From positions 11,651-75,650 of the forward strand of contig JAJRTR010000135.1 in assembly GCA_024278215.1 (NCBI GenBank): a stretch of 64,000 nt of DNA, given 5' to 3'. Below are positions 28,702 through 37,100 of the stretch, piece by piece; the first letter of the stretch is position 1, and every line of letters begins with the position of its first letter. This DNA comes from a bacterium (GTDB taxonomy: Bacteria > UBP15 > UBA6099 > JAJRTR01). Under the pieces are notes generated by a model. That model saw only the letters and a program-made list of their open reading frames with translations, did not search any database and was not told the DNA's origin. The position numbers were made by a program, and so were the translations under genes.

Positions 28702-28775
28702 TAGCCAGGGGCGGACTCGAACCGCCGACGCCACGGGTATGAGCCGTGTGCTCTAACCAGCTGAGCTACCTGGCC
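28702..28775 (-). tRNA. tRNA-Met (CAT), probably elongator; CCA not encoded
   Basis: Reverse complement GGCCAGGTAGCTCAGCTGGTTAGAGCACACGGCTCATACCCGTGGCGTCGGCGGTTCGAGTCCGCCCCTGGCTA forms a cloverleaf with anticodon loop CTCATAC. Confidence 0.93.
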
Positions 28776-28888
28776 GTTATCTTTTCCGGGCTCTGTCAAA
28801 ACTCTGTGGATGAACCCGTTTTGCAGCCTAAAAAAAGATGGGACCCACTCCCATCCGGGGAACATTATAGGGGGCGCTTTTTGGATAG

Positions 28889-29575
28889 TCAACTGAAAGT
28901 TTCAAAATCAAGGCGTCCGTCGCGGATTACGATGCTTCTCGCGGCGGAAGCGCCCACATCGGGATCGTGTGTGACGAGGATGAGCGTCTGGCCCCGGTCT
29001 CTGTTCAGTGTTTTGAAGCAGTCCATGATGAGGGCGGCTGTTTTCGAGTCAAGATTGCCGGTGGGTTCGTCGGCGAGTATCACACCCGGGTTGTTGGCGA
29101 GTGAGCGGGCGATGCCGATGCGTTGTTGTTCGCCCGCGCTGAGTTGTCCGGGCCTGTGATGCGCACGCCGGCTCATGCCGAGTGTATCGAGCAGTTCTCC
29201 GGCGCGCCGGTGCCTCTGCGCCGCGCCGACTCCGGCCAGTTCCATAGGCAGCTCGACATTCTCCTGCGCGCTCAGTATCGGTATCAGGTTTATTCGCTGA
29301 AACACGAAGCCGATGTTGTGCAGTCTGATGCGGTCGATGTCCGAGGCGTTCATTTCCGTTGTGTCGCGACCGGCCACAAGCACCCGGCCCGCGGTGGGTC
29401 TGTCGATGCAGCCGAGCAGGTTCAGCAGTGTAGTCTTGCCCGAGCCGGAAGGCCCCATGATCGAAATAAAATCGCCCTCTTCCACTGTCATGTCGATCCC
29501 GGCAACGGCATAGACGGTCTGCCCGCCGAGCGTGTATTTCTTTTCGATTTTTCGCGCTTCAAGTATAGTTGCCAT
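28889..29575 (-). CDS. ABC transporter ATP-binding protein (LolD/MacB type)
   Basis: GPSGSGKTT, LSAGEQQR, ILADEPTGNLD, VTHD; alternative start at 29590. Confidence 0.92.
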   Translation of the reverse strand: MATILEARKIEKKYTLGGQTVYAVAGIDMTVEEGDFISIMGPSGSGKTTLLNLLGCIDRPTAGRVLVAGRDTTEMNASDIDRIRLHNIGFVFQRINLIPILSAQENVELPMELAGVGAAQRHRRAGELLDTLGMSRRAHHRPGQLSAGEQQRIGIARSLANNPGVILADEPTGNLDSKTAALIMDCFKTLNRDRGQTLILVTHDPDVGASAARSIVIRDGRLDFETFS

Positions 29576-29582
29576 GTTCGAC

Positions 29583-30749
29583 CTACTCATACCTCAGGCT
29601 GTCCGCCAGGTTCCGCTTCATGATCATGTATGCGGGGAAAAGACCGGCGAACGCGCCGATTATTACCGCGATTACTATGCCTGTAATAAATATCCGGGGG
29701 GACACGTATGTGCTGAAAAATGTCTCCCCGAAAAAATGGTGTATTAGCTGGTTGATTGCTTTCGACAGGATGTATCCGAACAGGCATCCGAACAGGCCGC
29801 CGATTGCACTCAGGGTGATGGATTCGGAGATAATCAGTTTCACCACATAGGCACGCGAAGCGCCGATCACCATCAGTGTGGCAAACTCGCGCACCCGCTC
29901 CGCCACGCTCATGATCATCGTGCAGGCGACGAAAAGCACCCCGATTATCAGGGCGAAACACGACACGCCGAAGTGGATTCCACGCGCTATGCCGAGCATT
30001 TTCTTCGCCTGCTGCATGATGTCGTTCATCGTCTGCACATCCTGCTTCGGGAAAGCCGCCTTGAGCCTGGCGGCTACCTCCTTCGTTTCCACACCGTCCG
30101 CGGATTTTATCAGGAAATAGCTGGCACGGCCCGAACCTCCAAACATCTTCTGGACCGCTTTTATCGGCGCATAAGCGAACATATCGTATGCTTCATTGTT
30201 TTTCTTCAACCTGCCGATGATCTCGAGTTTCTGGCCGGTGATCAGTTCGAGTTTGTCGCCCAGTCCTTTATCCATATTCTCGGCGACCATGCCGCCGAGC
30301 ACCACAACCGGGCCGTCGTCGTCCTTGAGCCAGCGCCCTTTTTCCAGCGTCGCCGTCGGGCGCATCTTGAAAAAGTCCTTCTCCGGAATGCCCGACACCA
30401 TTGTCATAGCGTAGCCGAAACCCGCGCCGCCGCCCTCGGGTGAAAACGCCAGGTACACCGGCTCCACTATCGCCACGCCCGGTACCGCGCGGATCGCCTC
30501 CGCCTGTTTCTCTTTCAATGTCGCCGTACCCTGGAAGCCGAACGGCATCTTTGAAACATTCTTGGGAACCACAAAGAGGTCGGGGCCGCTGCTGCGGAAC
30601 ATCTCGTCGATCGAGCGCATCACTCCCTCGCTGATCGAGAGCAGCCCTACGGTGAAACCTATCGCGAGCACGATACCGAGCACGGTCAGCAGCGACCGGC
30701 TCCGGCGCCTCGACAGATTCCTGTAGCCAAGGGTAACGTAGCTTTTCAT
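29583..30749 (-). CDS. ABC transporter permease (MacB/FtsX family)
   Basis: RNL.RR..RS.LT.LGI, periplasmic domain, SV.ER.REFA.L..IGA, C-terminal LRYE. Confidence 0.92.
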   Translation of the reverse strand: MKSYVTLGYRNLSRRRSRSLLTVLGIVLAIGFTVGLLSISEGVMRSIDEMFRSSGPDLFVVPKNVSKMPFGFQGTATLKEKQAEAIRAVPGVAIVEPVYLAFSPEGGGAGFGYAMTMVSGIPEKDFFKMRPTATLEKGRWLKDDDGPVVVLGGMVAENMDKGLGDKLELITGQKLEIIGRLKKNNEAYDMFAYAPIKAVQKMFGGSGRASYFLIKSADGVETKEVAARLKAAFPKQDVQTMNDIMQQAKKMLGIARGIHFGVSCFALIIGVLFVACTMIMSVAERVREFATLMVIGASRAYVVKLIISESITLSAIGGLFGCLFGYILSKAINQLIHHFFGETFFSTYVSPRIFITGIVIAVIIGAFAGLFPAYMIMKRNLADSLRYE

Positions 30750-30921
30750 ATACTTAATTATTTATACCGTCACATTTTTTGCAAGGGCACGCGAATTCTT
30801 GATTTATGAATTTAGCCGCCACCGCTTTAAAAAACTGTGCATTCGGGGCATAATAGATATGGAATATAATCACTTTTCAGCATTGCATTCAGATGATTCA
30901 ACACACGCGGGAGGACGGCCT

Positions 30922-31809
30922 ATGAGAGTCTTGATCACAGGAGCATCGGGATATTTCGGCAAGTTGCTGGTACATGCGCTCAGATCGGACACGGGGGATA
31001 AGATAGATGTCATCGGCGTCGATGTGCGTGAGACACACACGCGCGGCGACGACACGATGAAATTCGTCTCGGGCGACACGCGCAAGAAAAGAATCGAGGA
31101 CCTTTTCAAGACCGAGGGGAAGATCGATGTCGTGATCCATCTGGCCCGCGACTCGTCTCCCGACCTCAGCAGCGACCAGTCGATGATGACGAATGTCTAC
31201 GGCACCTTCCACATGCTCGAACTCGCCGAAAAGTATGGTGTGAAGAAATTCATCTTCCCCAGTTCTTCCATTGTATACGGTGCGCACATGGATAATCCCG
31301 CGTTGATAAAAGAAGACCATCCGCTGCTGGGCAACCGTGATGTGAAAACTATTCGCGACCGGATCGAGGCGGACCTGATATGCCAGACATATTCGCCCGG
31401 CGCGGATAAAATGAATATCGTTATCCTGCGCACTGTACCGATATGGCGCACGGCGGGCGGCGGCACTCTGGCGCGCTACATGAAGGGCGAACTGGTACCG
31501 GTCTTCCTCGGCTTCGATCCCATGTTCCAGATTATCTATGACGACGAGGTCATCGAGGCGTTCAGACTGGCGACCCGGATCGAAGACGCGCGGGGCGCGT
31601 ACAATATTCCGGGGCGCATCTTCATGCCGCTTTCAAAAGTGATAAAGCACCTGGGCAAGAAACCGCTGCCGCTGCCCGAGTTCCTCGTCCACAAAAAGGG
31701 ACAGTACCGCTGGTCGTCGCAACTGAGATTCGATTTCAATTACCTTAAATACCCTTTCTGCGTCGACGGCACAAAGGCGAAGGAAGAGCTCGGCTACAAT
31801 CCGAGTTGA
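30922..31809 (+). CDS. Atypical extended SDR (NAD-dependent epimerase/dehydratase family)
   Basis: TGASGYFG, VIHLA, NVYGT, SSSIVYG; GGAGG RBS before ATG 30922; YxxxK not present. Confidence 0.85.
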   Translation: MRVLITGASGYFGKLLVHALRSDTGDKIDVIGVDVRETHTRGDDTMKFVSGDTRKKRIEDLFKTEGKIDVVIHLARDSSPDLSSDQSMMTNVYGTFHMLELAEKYGVKKFIFPSSSIVYGAHMDNPALIKEDHPLLGNRDVKTIRDRIEADLICQTYSPGADKMNIVILRTVPIWRTAGGGTLARYMKGELVPVFLGFDPMFQIIYDDEVIEAFRLATRIEDARGAYNIPGRIFMPLSKVIKHLGKKPLPLPEFLVHKKGQYRWSSQLRFDFNYLKYPFCVDGTKAKEELGYNPS

Positions 31810-31858
31810 CAATCGGCAACAATCTTCAGCGTCAAAATATTTTTATTGGAGTTATGCA

Positions 31859-32716
31859 ATGGGAGACATGCCGGATTTCAAAATTAAAGATTTCATGAAT
31901 GGAACCGTCAAGGAGTTCATAGCCGACAGAATCCGGAATTCCGATGTGGTGTTCACGGACAACGGGGAATACGACGAGTTCGGCACGGAGGTTGAAGGCG
32001 CGGCGGATTTTTTCACTTTTCTCACGTTCATGTACAAGAAATATTTCAGGGTGGACCTGCACGGACTCGGTAATCTGCCGGTGGAGGGGCCCGGACTACT
32101 GGTGTCGAACCATGCGCCCATTCTACCTATCGACGGGATGATGATAGGCACGGGGATACTCATAGAGATGGAAAAACCGCGCCTCATCAGGGCCATCGTC
32201 AATCGCAGCATCTCCGACATACCGTTCTTTTCGACGCTGATGTACAGGACCGGCCAGGTCATCGGCTGCGACGAAAACGTCAGGCGCGTATTCGAGAACG
32301 GCAACCTGGTGCTCGTGTTCCCCACAGGCGCGGAAGGACGCCCACATTCGATTTTCAACAAATATCACCTCGACAAGTTTACGCTCGGTTTCATGGAATA
32401 TGCGCTGCGGCACAGGACTCCGATCATACCGACATGCGTCACCGGCTCCGAGGAAGCCGCGATGACGCTCGTGGGGATAGACCTGCCGCTTGCAGGCTTC
32501 AAACACCTGCCGCTCACACCCATATTCCCGTGGCTCGGACCGCTGGGCCTCGTGCCGTTCCCCTCCAAGTTCGACATCTATTTCGGCGAGCCGATCCACT
32601 ACTACAAGGACCACGCGGGCGATGCGGACAACCCGGAGAAAGTGCGCGAGATCGTCGACGATCTCCACGACAGGATAAAGTCCATGCTCGACAAGGCGCT
32701 GGGCAGAGAATCTTAA
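31859..32716 (+). CDS. Lysophospholipid/glycerol acyltransferase (PlsC/MGAT-like)
   Basis: DEFG, NHAPILPIDG, VFPTG, PIIP....GSEE, FGEPI. Confidence 0.88.
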   Translation: MGDMPDFKIKDFMNGTVKEFIADRIRNSDVVFTDNGEYDEFGTEVEGAADFFTFLTFMYKKYFRVDLHGLGNLPVEGPGLLVSNHAPILPIDGMMIGTGILIEMEKPRLIRAIVNRSISDIPFFSTLMYRTGQVIGCDENVRRVFENGNLVLVFPTGAEGRPHSIFNKYHLDKFTLGFMEYALRHRTPIIPTCVTGSEEAAMTLVGIDLPLAGFKHLPLTPIFPWLGPLGLVPFPSKFDIYFGEPIHYYKDHAGDADNPEKVREIVDDLHDRIKSMLDKALGRES

Positions 32717-32759
32717 AGCGCGGATTTCGAGTTATAATATTGTTGAGAGGTGTGTCTAC

Positions 32760-32975
32760 ATGAAATTCAATATAATCCTGCAACAGTCGGAAGAGTGTGG
32801 CTTCGATGTAATTGTTCCGGCCCTGGACGGCTGTTATACGCAGGGAGAAACAGAGCAGGAAGCGATCATCAATGCGAGGGAAGCGATTATCTGCTATCTT
32901 GAGGGCCTTCAAAAATTGAATCAGATAAAATCAACACCAAAAGTTATTTTAAAGGAAATTGAGGTTGCTCTTTGA
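32760..32975 (+). CDS. hicB: HicB-family antitoxin (short form)
   Basis: [23 protein letters not shown]. Confidence 0.9.
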   Translation: MKFNIILQQSEECGFDVIVPALDGCYTQGETEQEAIINAREAIICYLEGLQKLNQIKSTPKVILKEIEVAL

Positions 32976-33187
32976 GCAGAACATTTTCTGGCGAGGAACT
33001 CGTGAAAGCACTCCGAAGATCAGGATTTGTTGTCGATCATCAGAGAGGCAGCCATATTTTCATGCATAATCTGGAGAAAAATATATCCGTTATTATCCCA
33101 TTGCATAAAGAGGTTAAAAAAGGCACCTTGAATAACATCATCAAGAAAGCAGGCTTAACATTGAACGAGTTGCAGGAGCTTGTTTAA
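32972..33187 (+). CDS. hicA: HicA-family toxin
   Basis: L...GF....Q.GSH, IP.H.E.K.GTL..I.K.AG; TTG start overlaps the hicB TGA. Confidence 0.9.
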   Translation: MSRTFSGEELVKALRRSGFVVDHQRGSHIFMHNLEKNISVIIPLHKEVKKGTLNNIIKKAGLTLNELQELV

Positions 33188-33214
33188 CCCGGATTTCTCA
33201 CAAAGAAATCCGGG
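33188..33214. repeat. 27-bp perfect hairpin equal to the family B right end, flanked by TTAA on both sides
   Basis: TTAA-CCCGGATTTCT-CACAA-AGAAATCCGGG-TTAA directly after the hicA stop. Confidence 0.85.
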
Positions 33215-33252
33215 TTAAACAGGAAATTTGTGGGATATGATGTGGCAGATAA

Positions 33253-34119
33253 ATGATAGAACACTTCAGAAAATATCTTAAAGAATTCGGTTCAAAAGAA
33301 CTTGCCGGAAAACTCGATCGCGTCATGGCCGGGAAAAAAGACTCCGGCGAATCGGGCGATGTCGACAAATTCGGTTTCGACCCCGCTTATCTCAAAGACT
33401 ACTTCCCCGCGATGCACGCAGTCTACAGGAACTGGTTCCGCACCGGCACGCACGGGCTGGAGAATCTGCCCGCCGACGGCCCGGCGCTGATAATCGCCAA
33501 CCACAGCGGACAGGTGCCCATCGACGGCCTGCTGCTCACCACCGCCGCCATCCTCGAAACCGACACTCCGCGCCTGCTTCGCTCGATGATCGACTACTGG
33601 GTGCCGGGGCTCCCGTTTTTCAGCGTGCTGTTCGCGCGCATGGGGCAGGTTGTGGGCGTTTGGGAGAACGCTGTCGAACTGCTCGCCGACGGAGAAATGC
33701 TGCTAATATTCCCCGAAGGCACACGCGGGCTGGGCAAAACATGGGACAAGCGCTACCGGCTGCAGGACTTCACAGTCGGTTTCATGGAACTCGCCGTCAT
33801 GTACGACGCGCCCATTATCCCCACAGCCGTCATAGGCGGCGAAGAGCAGATGCCCAGCCTCTTCGACGCACAGCCTATCGCGAAACTACTAAACGCGCCT
33901 TACTTCCCCATCACACCGACCTTTCCGCTGTTCGGACTCAAGGGCGCGGTGCCCTATCCCGTGAAATACGACATATACTTCGGCGAGCCGCTGGACTACT
34001 CACAGTACAAAGACGACTTGCCCCACCCCGAGCGCATCAGGCACCATGTTGAAGAAGTCAGGACGATACTCCAGGAAATGATCGACGAAAAGCTCAAAGA
34101 CCGCACATTCCCATTCTGA
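33253..34119 (+). CDS. Lysophospholipid/glycerol acyltransferase (second paralog)
   Basis: DKFGFD, NHSGQVPIDG, IFPEG, PIIP.AVIGGEEQ, FGEPL. Confidence 0.9.
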   Translation: MIEHFRKYLKEFGSKELAGKLDRVMAGKKDSGESGDVDKFGFDPAYLKDYFPAMHAVYRNWFRTGTHGLENLPADGPALIIANHSGQVPIDGLLLTTAAILETDTPRLLRSMIDYWVPGLPFFSVLFARMGQVVGVWENAVELLADGEMLLIFPEGTRGLGKTWDKRYRLQDFTVGFMELAVMYDAPIIPTAVIGGEEQMPSLFDAQPIAKLLNAPYFPITPTFPLFGLKGAVPYPVKYDIYFGEPLDYSQYKDDLPHPERIRHHVEEVRTILQEMIDEKLKDRTFPF

Positions 34120-34148
34120 CTCATATTATTGTTCAACCACCAGTTCAT

Positions 34149-37100
34149 TCAGAGCCGCGATTTGAGACCCGCGGTGAAGCTGGTCTCTTCAAGGGGTTTG
34201 GTGGTTGCGCTTTTGGATTTTGCGAGTATTTTTTTGAAATCAAGATTGAAATTTGTTCTGGAACTGACGGAATAAGTGAAGCCGAATCCATAGTTTATGG
34301 AATTGACGCCGGTTGTGCCGCCCTGGTCTTTACTGGAGTAATTTGTTTTGATTCTGAATCCCGGTTTGTATTTGTAGGCATACTTGATGTCGAACTCCGT
34401 TGTTGGATAATTGACCATTTTTTTCACACCGTAGCCTCCTGACAGGACAGCTTTGGCGGAAGCGTTATAATTATAGGTCAACTTGTAATATTTGTACGGC
34501 TGCGTGGAGCCGTTCTGGTCTTCGTAGAAAGACGTTGTCCTGATCTTTTTTGTCGGCGTGAGATTGACGGTGAATTTGTTGCGGTCATCAGGATTGGTGT
34601 CGACACTTGCGGAATCGGGGATAACGAGGTTTTGTGTCGTCTTATCCTTGAAAGTTCTGTCCCAGGAGATGTTCAATTTCATTTTGCTTTTCCTGGGGGT
34701 ATATTTAAGAGTCCACTTTCTTTCCTTTTCTTTTGTCCAGGCAGCAGTAGTCTGGTTGACCTTTCTGGTGAAAGTGGGTGTCCACTTTAAGTTTTTTCTG
34801 ATATTCCAGGTAAAGTTGAAGGTGTTGGTGTCGGTCTTGGTGGGAGCAACCTGCTGGCTGGTTTTGTTGCGAATGAACGAAAGTTTGATGCCTGTGAAGT
34901 TATACATGTTCGCAAGGTTGACGGTGTAGGTGTTTTTTTCATCTATCTTTGTTTCCGCGAGATCATTGTCACGAGAAGTGTTCTTATCGAATTTCAACTT
35001 GAGGCTTATATATCTGATTGGTTTGTATGACAGGTTGTAGACGTTCTTGCGCGTCCTTGAGCCGGTCTGCTTGACGTTGGACCTGCTGAAGGCCGAGGTG
35101 AGACTGAATCCGCGCCTTGATTTCGGAGAGAAAGCGAGATTGAGGTTTTTCAGAACGGTAGTAGTGTCGGCAGACACTTGCTGGGCTTTTTCGATGTCGG
35201 TGACCTTGTAGCCGCCGTCGACGGCGAGAGCGAGTTTTCTAAGGTCCATTTTTATGCCGTAGTCCCTGTTGGTTGTAAGGTTATTTATAAGCTTGGTGTT
35301 TGCGGACGTGATGCCGGATATGCCGCTGTCGCCTTTCACATCGTGCACGAGCGAAAGAGATTTTATGCCCCAGACAGGTCTGCCTGTCGAATATGAAATG
35401 TTATGCTTTTTGTGATATGTCTCGATGAGAGAATCTGTTTTTCCGGCCGAGAAGCTCTTTTTTGTTGAATTATCCGTCAGGTATCCGATCGTCCAGTTTT
35501 TAAGGAATTTGAGAGAGAAGTCACCTTTGATATAGCCGGTTTCCTTGCTGTTGCCTTTGACTTTGCCCGACATGCTTGTATCGAAGTATGGATCGATGAC
35601 GCGTTTTTCCAGGTTCATCTTGAAGCCCTTATACTTGTAGCTGTTTTTCAAAACGACGGCGTCGCCGTCTACTACTTCGCTCAGCACTTCGTCGTAGATA
35701 TAGCTGACTGATATTCTGTCGCCTTCGGACGGGAAAGCTTCCCCGAATTTCACAAGAAACATATCTTTGCCGCCGATTTCTCCTTCGTCGAACTCCCTGT
35801 AGATAACCAGGTTCCCCTGCTCGCGGTCGACACCGATAAACTCCGGATCCGTTTTAGTATTCAAATTATGCGTTATCGATTTGTAAATATAGTTACCGGT
35901 TGACGGATCGGTAATACAGGGAAACGTATACCAGTCACTCTCTCTATTGTCTGCGTTGTAGATTTCATAGCTCACAGCTTTATCCTTGTCGTCGCATTTG
36001 TAATCATTACCATCTTCGTCTTTGCAGATATACTGGCCGCGCTCACAGAACTGCATGGAGACAAGGACTTTTCCCTGGCCGCTGATGTTGTCGTTATTGA
36101 GTTTGCAGACGAGTTTTCGGCCTGTTGCGTTTTCGATGTCGCCCGTGGGAACAACATATTCGCATATTTCGCCTTTGCTTTCATAATTTCGGTATCTTGT
36201 ATCAGTGTCGACAATCATAGTTTCTTCGGCCGAGGTGAACTCGGAGGCGAGGTCGGAATTCGTGCGTGTGTACTGGACGTCGAAGGAAAGGTTGTCGGAT
36301 ACATTGACGTGTGTGTCGATGCCGAGGGCTGTTTTTGTGAATTTCGAGCCCGAGTCGAGTTCGGGCGGAGCGATATAGTAGGACATCAGGACATATTTTG
36401 TTTCTGTCGTTGGATTGCCGTAATAATTGCTTTCAACATCTTTGCTGAATTTGATATAATCGGTGTCTCCGGAAGTTTCTATATAATATGTGATCCCCTC
36501 CTGCTGGTCGAGGTCCGGCCGTATTCCCGGACAAAGCCCCGCATCATCCTTATCACCTGTTTTGCCTTCGAAGCAGACAAGCGGCAGGTTGTCGAGTTCC
36601 GCCGTTTCGTCCTGGGTGTCCGAAAGATAAACGAGTTCGCTGCCCGGCAGCATGTCGGACGGCAAGCCGCCTTCGGTGGTATCGGCATCGACAAATTTTA
36701 AAACCTGCACAACATCTTCGACGATTATATTCGGGTTGTAATAAGAGAACTCGATAGTGACACTTCCTTTGAGTCCTATGTTTTTCACATCTTCATCGCC
36801 GTTGTCGTAAAGAATGTATATCTGGCCGCTGAACAGGCTCCTGTGGCCGAGAATCACTGTCTCGGGATTCGACGTGGGTGTGTATCTTGTCGCACCGCTG
36901 ATAACCTTGACGGAGCCTTCTAATATATACGGATTGCCGAGATTTACACGGACGCAGGTGTTCGTAGCGGTATAGCCGGGGCAGTCCGCAGGTTCGACAT
37001 TTACCTGGGTATCCAGATTGAAAACTTTCGAGTCGCTGAATATGGACCTTGTGGAGCCGGACGGCGCCATGCTCAACATGTAGGCCGTGTTGATTTTATA

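Noticed and set aside
28702..28775. tRNA as initiator Met or Ile2, or as an island integration site
   Set aside because: It lacks the three G-C anticodon-stem pairs and C1 mismatch of the initiator, and the loop CTCATAC fits elongator Met better, although Ile2 is not fully excluded. No integrase or duplicated tRNA 3' end was seen.
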